From the NCBI GenBank assembly GCA_964524035.1, contig CAZGBP010000001.1:752-64751 (forward strand): DNA of 64,000 bases. Direction: 5' to 3'. Position 1 is the stretch's first letter. Each line of letters opens with the position of its first letter. The position numbers were made by a program, and so were the translations under genes. A model generated the notes under the pieces. The model had not been told where the DNA came from. It did no database searches and was given only the letters and a program-made list of their open reading frames with translations. Positions 28,677 to 37,804 of the stretch are shown here, one piece after another. Origin of the DNA: an uncultured Bifidobacteriaceae bacterium. Lineage in GTDB: Bacteria > Bacteroidota > Bacteroidia > Chitinophagales > UBA10324.

Positions 28677-30328
28677 AAAAATCAATCAAAAATGTATGGG
28701 TAATGCCAGCATCCGTTTTAAAGGAAACAATGCAAATACCCGGCAAACAACTGCATCTCAAAACCAGGCAATGGCACCTGGCACCGGTAATTGTCGGCAG
28801 CCTGATTGCAATAACCTGGCTTGCTGTTTCTGTGAATGCTTGGGCCTTTTGCGGCTTCTATGTTGCCAAGGCAGATGCTTCCCTGTTCAACAAGACTTCA
28901 CAGGTCATCTTAGTACGGGAAGGCAACCGTACCACCATCACCATGTCGAGCGATTTTGAAGGCGATGTAAAAGATTTTGCCATGGTGGTACCCGTTCCTG
29001 TGGTATTGCAGCGCAGCGAGATCAAGACCGTACCGGCGCAAATCTTTACCACACTGGATGGTTATAGCGGACCGCGTCTCGTAGAGTACTTTGATGAGAA
29101 TCCATGCCAGATTATTGAAAGATATGAATCAGATCAGATAACCAGCTTTGAAGAAGCAATGCCTTCTGAAGCGGTTTCAAAATCTTCAGCAGGGAACTAC
29201 CATGTTAAGATAGAAGCACGATACACGGTAGATGAATATGATGTATTGTTGCTTTCTGCCGATGAATCTTCCGGCCTGGAAAAATGGCTGGTGTCTAACG
29301 GCTACCGGATTCCTGAAGGGGCACGGGAAGTACTGCAACCGTACATCAACAGCGGTATGAAATTTTTTGTTGTTAAAGTAAATGAAGAAGAACTCAGAAA
29401 ACGGGGAACTACATTTCTAAGCCCGTTACAGATCACCTTTAACTCCCCAAAATTCATGCTGCCCATCCGGCTGGGCATGGCCAATGCAAAAGGCACACAG
29501 GATATGATCATCTATGCATTTACACCAACAGGCCGGGTGGAAACCACCAACTACAGGACAGTGAAAGTACCTACCGACAAAAATGTTCCTGAGTTTGTGC
29601 AACAGTATTTCGGGCAGTTCTATGTTGATACCTACCGGAAACACCGTCGCGAACAAGGTGGAGGCAATGTTTTCCTGGAATATGCCTGGGACGTAAGCGG
29701 TAGCGTAAGACAATTTTGTGATCCATGTACAGGCCCGCCTCCCATGTTACAGGATCTCGTTACGGCCGGCGTAAATTGGGTGCAGCAATACCACTACGGT
29801 TACAACGGTAACGTGTTTTTCACCCGCCTGCATGTCACGTATGACCGGAAGAGTTTTCCGCAGGACCTCCAGTTCCAGGAAACACCTAATAAGGAGAATT
29901 TCCAGGCCCGGTACATCATTACGCATCCTGCCTATGGAACCTTTGATTGCGAAGAAGGGGCGCGCTATTTAAAATCAACACAGCAACGGCGCACGCGGGA
30001 ACTGCAACAGCTGGCACTGCTTACCGGTTGGGAAACATCAGGCTATGGTGCCTATATCGGCAATTTCAATTACTCGCCGGATGGGCCGCCGGTTTACCGG
30101 AAGGCAACCGTTCCCGCTACCCGGAAACTTCCGCCTGACACCCTCAACAGGTTTGTTCCGGAAAAGGATCCGGGACAGATTGATCAAGGAGCTTTCAATG
30201 TGCCGTTTACCGGTGATTCTCCGGATGATGACGGAAGCGGCCAGGAAGGAATCTGGATCATCCCGGGCATAGTGATGCTATTGGCATTGATGTTATTTTC
30301 AGGCAGAAGGAAAACCGTGGTTAAGTAA
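28667..30328 (+). CDS. DUF2330-like protein with N-terminal signal/anchor and C-terminal TM helix plus RRK tail
   Basis: 553 aa. AFCGFYVAKADASLFNKTSQVILVREGNRTTITM and MVVPVPVVL match my memory of DUF2330. An in-frame ATG at 28673 gives an ATGA overlap with the upstream stop. Confidence 0.6.
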   Translation: MDMKKSIKNVWVMPASVLKETMQIPGKQLHLKTRQWHLAPVIVGSLIAITWLAVSVNAWAFCGFYVAKADASLFNKTSQVILVREGNRTTITMSSDFEGDVKDFAMVVPVPVVLQRSEIKTVPAQIFTTLDGYSGPRLVEYFDENPCQIIERYESDQITSFEEAMPSEAVSKSSAGNYHVKIEARYTVDEYDVLLLSADESSGLEKWLVSNGYRIPEGAREVLQPYINSGMKFFVVKVNEEELRKRGTTFLSPLQITFNSPKFMLPIRLGMANAKGTQDMIIYAFTPTGRVETTNYRTVKVPTDKNVPEFVQQYFGQFYVDTYRKHRREQGGGNVFLEYAWDVSGSVRQFCDPCTGPPPMLQDLVTAGVNWVQQYHYGYNGNVFFTRLHVTYDRKSFPQDLQFQETPNKENFQARYIITHPAYGTFDCEEGARYLKSTQQRRTRELQQLALLTGWETSGYGAYIGNFNYSPDGPPVYRKATVPATRKLPPDTLNRFVPEKDPGQIDQGAFNVPFTGDSPDDDGSGQEGIWIIPGIVMLLALMLFSGRRKTVVK

Positions 30329-30345
30329 GATGTTGTTTAACAAAG

Positions 30346-30376
30346 AAGCGCAGGACCGGCATCCTGCGCTTTTTTA
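30346..30376 (+). terminator. Rho-independent terminator after the DUF2330-like gene
   Basis: 10-bp stem AAGCGCAGGA / TCCTGCGCTT, 6-nt loop, then a T-run. Confidence 0.8.
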
Positions 30377-30423
30377 GTATCAAACCAACCTTTAGCAGTC
30401 AGGTTGCATCTTACTATAGCACC

Positions 30424-31809
30424 ATGCATTGCTACTACCACAAAAGCAAATACACGACCGGCAACTGCAGAAAGTTCATCAGGACACTCTTCTATTCAGC
30501 CAGTGTGCTGATTACCTGCTTTATATACTCTATACCAAAGGCCGGTGCGCAGGATGCAAAGATGCTTTTGTCAAACTATCTGAATGCAGCAGGCAATCCT
30601 GCCAAAGAAAAAGCCGCTAAGGCAATTGTTAAGTCCGATATTCCATTTGATACCGTTTACCGGTCACTGCAAAAAGGCAGAAACTACAGCCCCCGGGTGA
30701 GTACGGGTTTTCTGAATTGGGACCGCCATACACAAGAAGGCATCCATCTTTTTGCATTGGTATTGATACCGTGGAATTATACTCCTGAAAAAAAATGGCC
30801 GGTTCGTGTGGTGTTGCATGGCGACATCTCTCATATGGATTCGTACAACGTATTCCGTTTTATTGATACCACGCTGGCCACATACAGAACAGTGCAGGAG
30901 ATTCGTATATATCCTTCCGGATACTTTGCAGCCCGATGGTATTACAAGATTCAGTATGAAAATGTGATGCAACTGCTGGACAGCATCAAACAGTTGTATA
31001 ACGTTGACGAGAACCTGGTATCACTTGGCGGGTTTTCTGATGGTGGTACAGGCACCTATGCTTTTGCGAATTATGATGTGACGCCATTCAATTGCTTCCT
31101 CCCCTACATCGGCAGCTGTGGTTCATTAAGGGTCTTAGGAACCCGCCAGGCTTATTTCAACAATTACCGTAACCGCCCCTTTTTTATTGAGAATGGAAAG
31201 CTGGATGAAACTTTTCCACCCTCGGTGGTATTGCCATATGTCGAACAAATCATGCGCCTGAATAATCAGGTCAGCTTTTTTATGATAGACACCAGTGGCC
31301 ACAGCCTGAAATGGATGCCGTTATTAAAGGATTCCATAGATCATTTTGTACAGTCGCATCCCAGGAACCCGCATCCGGATTATATCGTCTGGCAAACAGA
31401 ACATTCTGCAATTTTTAACCGCAATCATTGGATCATTATAACCGGTATTGGAAAAACGGGTAGCAATGCACCGGAGCTGGTTGACTATAATGAAGTGGTA
31501 CTGAACGGGCAATACAGGCAGGCTTTCCGGCGCGATAGTCTGGCAGGACATATTGAAGCAACCATAAGCGGTAATACGATAACCGTTCGGACAAAAAATA
31601 TTACCGGCTATAAACTGCTGCTCTCGCCCGGTCAGTTCGATTTTTCAAAACCATTTACTATTGTCACGAATGGGATTTTATCCTTCGAAGGGTTACTTGA
31701 TCAGGAAGTTTCAGTATTGTTAAAATGGAACAGCATTGACAACGACAGAACCAAGTTATATGGTGCGGAAAAGAATATTCAGGTGGGCAAAGCATTCAGG
31801 CCACGGTAA
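30424..31809 (+). CDS. Alpha/beta-hydrolase-like secreted protein (esterase/peptidase type)
   Basis: 461 aa. GxSxG nucleophile elbow in LGGFSDGGTGTYAF and an N-terminal hydrophobic signal-like segment. Confidence 0.55.
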   Translation: MHCYYHKSKYTTGNCRKFIRTLFYSASVLITCFIYSIPKAGAQDAKMLLSNYLNAAGNPAKEKAAKAIVKSDIPFDTVYRSLQKGRNYSPRVSTGFLNWDRHTQEGIHLFALVLIPWNYTPEKKWPVRVVLHGDISHMDSYNVFRFIDTTLATYRTVQEIRIYPSGYFAARWYYKIQYENVMQLLDSIKQLYNVDENLVSLGGFSDGGTGTYAFANYDVTPFNCFLPYIGSCGSLRVLGTRQAYFNNYRNRPFFIENGKLDETFPPSVVLPYVEQIMRLNNQVSFFMIDTSGHSLKWMPLLKDSIDHFVQSHPRNPHPDYIVWQTEHSAIFNRNHWIIITGIGKTGSNAPELVDYNEVVLNGQYRQAFRRDSLAGHIEATISGNTITVRTKNITGYKLLLSPGQFDFSKPFTIVTNGILSFEGLLDQEVSVLLKWNSIDNDRTKLYGAEKNIQVGKAFRPR

Positions 31810-31821
31810 CCGTGGTTTTTT
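31801..31821 (+). terminator. Small hairpin terminator with the stop codon in its loop
   Basis: CCACGG-TAA-CCGTGG followed by TTTTTT. The stem is short (6 bp). Confidence 0.45.
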
Positions 31822-32020
31822 GGATGAAAGCAAGCTTTTGTATTTTTCATGTTGCCAAAACAGCTAATCTACAACGGTAGCCCGGCATCGCTAACGTTCC
31901 GGGCCATACAATTTCCGGTTTAATCTTTCAGGAATGAAACAACGGTATTATACGGTCGTCTGCTGCCTGGAACGTAAGTTCATCCGTAGTATCGGAAACT
32001 ACTCCTTCATTTTTAACAGG

Positions 32021-33271
32021 ATGATACTCATCCTCGTGGTATGTTTTTGTTGCAAACAACAGGCGATGGCGCAACAATTTAAGCCAGGCTATGTGTTACT
32101 TAATAATGGTGATACCCTTCACGGCTTAATACAATCAGAGAACTGGGCGAAGGCACCACTGAAGGTGCAGTTCAAAGCATCAGCTGCCGAAAAGCTACAT
32201 ACGTACTCCCCCTTACTCATTCACTCTTTCAGAATCAAAGGCGGCGACTGGTATTTTAGTTATGTGGGTAACATTGATCCGTCTTCTTTAAACGATGACC
32301 GGTTAGATTTCAACCCGTTGCCTGATACCGTGCGGGTAGCCATGTTTATCAGGTCGGTAGTAATCGGGAAATTGAGTCTCTACTATGCCCGTGATTACAA
32401 CGACAGGGTACACCTGTTTATTCAAAAGGATGGTGGAGCAATACAGGAATTGAGCTATAAGAAATACTATATTGAAGAACGGGTTGTTGCTGATTATCGT
32501 AATGAGATTACACGCCGTACCATCATGGCCAATCAACTGTACAAAGAGCAACTGACCAACCTCATGGCAGATTGTCCTCCGGTGGCGATTGGCATTGTTT
32601 CACGGCCGTTGTCTTACTCCAAAAATGATATCATGGAATTGGTAGTAGAATATAACCGCTGCAAGTCGGCCCAAACCAGTTTTGTTGAAAAAAAAGAGAC
32701 CTGGCATTTTCAAGTACGTGCCCTTGCAGGAATTAACTATGCGGGATTGCAGTTCAAGAGTACCACCAATACTTATATTGGTGGTGCCGTGATGGACAAT
32801 GCCCTTGGCTATGCGTTCGGCCTTTCGCTGAATGCCGTGTTGCCACGAACTAACAACAGCTGGAGTATACTGAATGAACTGATGCTGCGCAATTACAGCT
32901 CCACAGGTGTTTCAGGAACGGCACCGTTTAAAGAACAGCGGCCTGTGAAAATGGATCTTATCTATGTTAAACTGGGAACGATTATCAGGTATCAGTTTAC
33001 GGGTTCGGCCGCGCAACCTTTTCTGCAGGCAGGTATCACGAACAGTATGGCATTAAAAACCACCAACCTGGAAACTGACAGTGCAGGACTCACTTATAAC
33101 TTTCTTCAATACTTCAGAACCTACGAGCAGGGACTGCTATTTGGAACAGGCATAGAATACAAGCAGGTAACCTGGGATGTGCTGCTTGAATTTTCCAATG
33201 CCATGTCAGGCTATTCTGACGTGAAGAGTGCGTTTACAACCTGGTATGTTATGATGGGCTATAAATTTTAA
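32021..33271 (+). CDS. Hypothetical secreted/outer-membrane protein
   Basis: Start moved to ATG 32021 (MILILVVCFCCKQQAMAQ signal). The C-terminal third has a beta-strand-like alternating pattern ending ...WYVMMGYKF. No family recognised. Confidence 0.5.
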   Translation: MILILVVCFCCKQQAMAQQFKPGYVLLNNGDTLHGLIQSENWAKAPLKVQFKASAAEKLHTYSPLLIHSFRIKGGDWYFSYVGNIDPSSLNDDRLDFNPLPDTVRVAMFIRSVVIGKLSLYYARDYNDRVHLFIQKDGGAIQELSYKKYYIEERVVADYRNEITRRTIMANQLYKEQLTNLMADCPPVAIGIVSRPLSYSKNDIMELVVEYNRCKSAQTSFVEKKETWHFQVRALAGINYAGLQFKSTTNTYIGGAVMDNALGYAFGLSLNAVLPRTNNSWSILNELMLRNYSSTGVSGTAPFKEQRPVKMDLIYVKLGTIIRYQFTGSAAQPFLQAGITNSMALKTTNLETDSAGLTYNFLQYFRTYEQGLLFGTGIEYKQVTWDVLLEFSNAMSGYSDVKSAFTTWYVMMGYKF

Positions 33272-33400
33272 GCAGGTAACAAAGAACACCGGGAAACCAA
33301 ACTGTTTGTTCTATAAAGAAAGTACACGACGACAACCCCTGCATAAACGCTCACCAGTGTTATCAGAATTTCCCAGGTAAGGTGCCACATCAAAACCGGC

Positions 33401-33432
33401 AAAAAAAAACGGAACAGGCAATGCCTGTTCCG
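33401..33432 (-). terminator. Rho-independent terminator for the 33457-34188 gene
   Basis: CGGAACAGGC-AAT-GCCTGTTCCG. On the minus strand it is followed by a 9-nt T-run (A-run 33401-33409 on plus). Confidence 0.75.
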
Positions 33433-33456
33433 CATGAATTCAAACTATCTCTGTTG

Positions 33457-34188
33457 TTACTTCACATAGGATCTGAGTTCCTCATTGTAATCAACTACCA
33501 CTTCATTCCAGGTGGTCAGCATTTTCGCCCAGCTTCCTGCACCATTTAGTTTTTCGTAAGCTTCTTTAACTTTCCAGTCGGCTCCCCAATCAGCCAGGCT
33601 GGTATAGCTGGTGATAATTGCTACATCTGCATCACCCGGTGTATGAATCATGTTGCGGTACACCACAAAAGCCCGGTCACCCATTGATTCGTAAGCCTTC
33701 ATTACCTTTTTGGTTAGTTCATTGAAACGCTCCATTTCTCCGCGCTTTACATCAATTGCCCATGCATCATAGTGCCCCGATTTTGCAACTAAATCCCGGC
33801 CGAATGACATACCCGCTTCATACTCCCATAGTTTGGGTTCGCCATATTCTTCAATCAGCGGGTCAACCGTTTTGTTCCAGTCTTCATCATGTGCACCCTT
33901 GTCCGGTCTTGAATCAATGGAAGCGTAGGTTGTCGGACCCATCAGCCAAACATACCAACCGGCCTTAGCCCCATAATCAACGGAACGGAGGCCGGCCACA
34001 TACGGGCCTTCAGGATGGTACTTTGCATTGTGGGTCTTAATAGCGCTTTCCAGTTGGTCGTTCATACCCCGCTTGGGTAAGATGTACATGGTTTCTGTCA
34101 CAGGGTTTGATGTCTGTGCCAAAGTTGAGGAGCCCGCTGCAACCAGTATGAATGCAACAGATACCAGTAAGAGGAAGATGTTTCTCAT
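33457..34188 (-). CDS. Hypothetical secreted protein
   Basis: 243 aa. Signal peptide MRNIFLLLVSVAFILVAAGSSTLAQ. No family recognised. Confidence 0.55.
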   Translation of the reverse strand: MRNIFLLLVSVAFILVAAGSSTLAQTSNPVTETMYILPKRGMNDQLESAIKTHNAKYHPEGPYVAGLRSVDYGAKAGWYVWLMGPTTYASIDSRPDKGAHDEDWNKTVDPLIEEYGEPKLWEYEAGMSFGRDLVAKSGHYDAWAIDVKRGEMERFNELTKKVMKAYESMGDRAFVVYRNMIHTPGDADVAIITSYTSLADWGADWKVKEAYEKLNGAGSWAKMLTTWNEVVVDYNEELRSYVK

Positions 34189-34433
34189 GGTGATTTTATG
34201 TTTTGGTTATTAATTTAAGAAATATAGGTATTCTTTTCCTGGCAAACGAGCATTAAAGCCAAAGTCAATTACAAAAAACTTTTGTTGTAGTCAGACCGGG
34301 TGAATGCATCTTTTATTTGCAGAACTTTATGCCATCAATGATGATGCTGTTCCATAATGGCTGTTTTCATTTCAATGTGTTTGCGGTTACGTTATTGGAA
34401 TTGGTCAATTTTCTCTTTTGTTAATTTTTATAT

Positions 34434-35705
34434 ATGAAACGAATAATTATTGTCGGGGGAGGTTTTGGGGGATTAAAGCTTGCCGAAAAACTGAACCACA
34501 CCGCATACGATGTGCTGCTGATTGATAAACTCAATCACCATCAGTTTCAACCGCTGTTTTACCAGGTTGCCACAGCTGGACTGGAGCCATCGAGCATTTC
34601 TTTTCCATTACGTGGAATTTTTCACCATTCAAAGAATGTGCGCATCCGGTATGCAGAGGTATCGGCCGTAATGCCCGAGAAGAATACCATCCTCACGTCC
34701 ATCGGTGAACTGCCATACGATTACCTTGTTCTGGCTACAGGCGTTACTACCAATTTCTTTGGCAATAAAAACGTGGAGCAGTGGGCCTACCCCATGAAAT
34801 CTACTTCCGAAGCGATCAACATCCGCCAGCATGTGCTTCGGAATTTCGAAGAGGCACTCGTGGCAGACGAAGTGGAACGCCCGCGCCTGATGAATGTAGT
34901 AATCGTTGGCGGAGGACCTACCGGCGTGGAATTGTCCGGTGCTTTTGCTGAAATGAAACGCCATGTTTTTCCCAGGGATTATCCGGAACTGGACTTCAGC
35001 CAGATGAATGTAATGCTGATGGAAGGGTCCGGAAAAGTACTGGGCAATATGAGCAGCCAATCTTCGGCCAAGTCAAAATTGTACCTCGAAGAGCTGGGTG
35101 TTACCGTTATGCTTAATACCCGTGTAAAAGACTACGACGGGAAAAATGTTTTTCTGGAAGATGGAAGCGTGGTTCCTACTAACACAGTCATTTGGGCTGC
35201 CGGCATCCGCGGCAATACGCTTGCCGGAATACCGCAGGAAGCACTTGCACGGGGAAACCGTTTCCTGGTCGACAGGTTTAGCCTGGTGAAAGGCTGCACC
35301 AATATTTACGCCATCGGCGACCTTGCTTACATGATAACAGAAAAATATCCGCAAGCACATCCGCAGGTGGCTAATGTTGCATTGGGACAAGCCGCCCTGC
35401 TGGCAAAGAATTTCAAAAATACTCTGCTTAAAAAACCCTGGTCACCTTATGAATACAAGGATAAAGGATCAATGGCTACTGTTGGTAAACACAAGGCAGT
35501 AGTGGATCTTTCCTTTGTTCACTTCCAGGGATTTTTTGCCTGGTTTGTATGGATGGGACTGCACCTGCTTTTGCTTATGGGTATGAAAAACAAAATTTTC
35601 GTTTTCGTGGACTGGCTGATTGCTTACTTCAGCAATGACTCGACGCTGCGTCTCATCTTTACACCCGTTAATAAAAGAAAACAGGATCATGATGCTGCAC
35701 AATAA
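34434..35705 (+). CDS. ndh: Type II NADH:quinone oxidoreductase (NDH-2)
   Basis: 423 aa. Two dinucleotide folds (IIIVGGGFGGL and VVIVGGGPTGVELSG), IYAIGD, and a C-terminal amphipathic/TM tail. Confidence 0.85.
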   Translation: MKRIIIVGGGFGGLKLAEKLNHTAYDVLLIDKLNHHQFQPLFYQVATAGLEPSSISFPLRGIFHHSKNVRIRYAEVSAVMPEKNTILTSIGELPYDYLVLATGVTTNFFGNKNVEQWAYPMKSTSEAINIRQHVLRNFEEALVADEVERPRLMNVVIVGGGPTGVELSGAFAEMKRHVFPRDYPELDFSQMNVMLMEGSGKVLGNMSSQSSAKSKLYLEELGVTVMLNTRVKDYDGKNVFLEDGSVVPTNTVIWAAGIRGNTLAGIPQEALARGNRFLVDRFSLVKGCTNIYAIGDLAYMITEKYPQAHPQVANVALGQAALLAKNFKNTLLKKPWSPYEYKDKGSMATVGKHKAVVDLSFVHFQGFFAWFVWMGLHLLLLMGMKNKIFVFVDWLIAYFSNDSTLRLIFTPVNKRKQDHDAAQ

Positions 35706-35879
35706 GTTAATCAGTCATCGGATGACTTCTCCGGACAAAAGAAAACATGCTTAGCTTGCTGCATAAAATGCACGCAAATCATCCGATGACTAACTATTCA
35801 AGAATTGCAAAGTCATCGGATTACAGTTCCGGAACAAAAGAATAAAAAGAAAAAAAGTAATCCTACGACTGCTTCACTA

Positions 35880-37343
35880 TTAATGCCGAACCATAAACTT
35901 CAGCGTTTCATGCCCGGTGGCAGTGTAAACCGTCAGCAGGTACATACCATCGGTTAAACCGCCGGTTTCGATCGCAACCACCGCGTCCTGCAACCCAACC
36001 ATTTCTCTTACGATCATCCCCGATGCACTCATTACTTTTAAGGAAGTGATCTTTTGCTGCGGATCTTTCAATGTAACCTGCAGTAAGTTTGAAACCGGAT
36101 TGGGAAATAAGAGAACATCATCGTCACCGATTTCAGTTGCCGTCAAACTGCTGTGCTTTTCAGCGGCAGGTAAGGTGATCGTGTACTCACCTCTCAGGCT
36201 CACCCCGTCATGCTGCGAAATCCAGTTGTCGGCTGTGTCATTCGCACCTTCAAGATCTATCCATGGTGCATCCGTATCATCCTTGCGTGCCATAAACTTT
36301 ATCTGTAATTCATTATCCTGATTGACCACTCCATTATTTCCATTGTACTTATACCGCATGTTGTAGCCTGCATTGCCATTTCCCTTCACGCAATAAACGC
36401 CGAAGTAATAAGAAGGTGAAAGCTCAAGGCCATCACTCAGCACAGGAGGCGCATCAACATAATATACAATGATTCCATCGCCGGAAATATCCTGCGTCAG
36501 CATCTTATCACCGGAAGGAGAATATAAGGTCACTTTTACATCAAACCAATTGGAAGTGAACTTTGACTTTTGCGCATTTCCCAGCGCTGCACCTGAAAGA
36601 ACTTTGCCGACTGTGCCAACAATAGACCCGTTTTCGGGAACACCTGCTTTATCCAGAACTGTGGTACTGGTGTAGGATTCATCCGCATTCCAGTACCCGA
36701 TCAGATCAGACGGCACTACGGTATGCTTCACACAAATGTAATCGCGGATCTGAAGCTGCGACTTTGATTTCTTCCATAAACGAACTTCATCCAGCTCCCC
36801 GTTAAACCAAATCTCTCCCGAGGCTGAAGTTGCTTTTCCAATTGATGCAGTTGCCGCGGAATGACTGATGACTTCGGATATGGATGTACCGTCCGTAGGC
36901 GTAAGGCTTCTCGAAACACCGCTGATATAGACGATTACATTCGAGGCGCTTTTACAGGAAACAGCAATATGCGTCCAGGAATTAACCGGAATGCTCCAGT
37001 TGGTAATATATCCCCTGCTGAATGCCGGACCGCTTCCAAGACCATTGCCAAATTCCACTTTTACCTGGCCTTCCGCAGTGAGCGATACCCGAAGTCCCTG
37101 TTCGGCAGATGCATCATTATCCGAGGCGAAAATAGCAGCACCAGCAGCGTATTCAGCCGGTTTAACCCAGGCTTCCAGCAATAATGGAAAGGTGAGGTTA
37201 TTGTAAACATCGCCAAGGTCTACATAGTTACCCGGACTGCCATCAAACGACAGGCTGATACCGGCACCAACTTCATTGGATTGGGCAAAAGAAGTACTGC
37301 TTACCAGGATAGGTAAGCACAGCGCAAGAAAAAGTTTTTTCAT
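35880..37343 (-). CDS. LamG/concanavalin-like domain protein with T9SS C-terminal sorting domain
   Basis: 487 aa with a signal peptide. FNGELDEVRLWKKSKS is typical of LamG-type laminin G_3 domains. C-terminus VLLFPNPVSNLLQVTL...GMYLLTVYT. Confidence 0.75.
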   Translation of the reverse strand: MKKLFLALCLPILVSSTSFAQSNEVGAGISLSFDGSPGNYVDLGDVYNNLTFPLLLEAWVKPAEYAAGAAIFASDNDASAEQGLRVSLTAEGQVKVEFGNGLGSGPAFSRGYITNWSIPVNSWTHIAVSCKSASNVIVYISGVSRSLTPTDGTSISEVISHSAATASIGKATSASGEIWFNGELDEVRLWKKSKSQLQIRDYICVKHTVVPSDLIGYWNADESYTSTTVLDKAGVPENGSIVGTVGKVLSGAALGNAQKSKFTSNWFDVKVTLYSPSGDKMLTQDISGDGIIVYYVDAPPVLSDGLELSPSYYFGVYCVKGNGNAGYNMRYKYNGNNGVVNQDNELQIKFMARKDDTDAPWIDLEGANDTADNWISQHDGVSLRGEYTITLPAAEKHSSLTATEIGDDDVLLFPNPVSNLLQVTLKDPQQKITSLKVMSASGMIVREMVGLQDAVVAIETGGLTDGMYLLTVYTATGHETLKFMVRH

Positions 37344-37804
37344 GGGTAGGGCTTGTTAAATTGCAGCGAGAAATATAGTAAACTGAATGAATATAAAGGT
37401 GAATTCAGAAAACAATCTCATTTGAATTCTTACTAACATTCATAGAAGCCGGTTAGCAATGGGAACGGAATTTAACTTTATGCATTTTAGTTCGTCTATG
37501 CATGTTCCGTTTTATCGCCTGGCGGAATTACAAATGTTGAATGGAGAAAATCCAAAGCATTGAAGTTGCATGGCAAAGCGGCACGCTGATTTCCTGTGTT
37601 ACCTTTTTTAAACCTCGAAGCTCGAAAAGTCTGTAGTGCAATAAGCAGTATCCATAGTATTATTGTTCGCTATGCCCGCGGTGTTTGCTTTATATAAACC
37701 TTTGCAGATAATGTGAGGAATTCACATCAAATACGATGTATGCGTATTTTTCCCTGTGTTCTATGTGGTTGCCATTTTTATCCGTTGATATTAAGACAGG
37801 CGCT

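Noticed and set aside
35713-35727. AGTCATCGGATGACT as a strong intrinsic terminator for ndh
   Set aside because: The palindrome leaves a loop of only 1 nt, so the effective stem is 5-6 bp. No T-run follows. It is kept only as part of a repeat observation.
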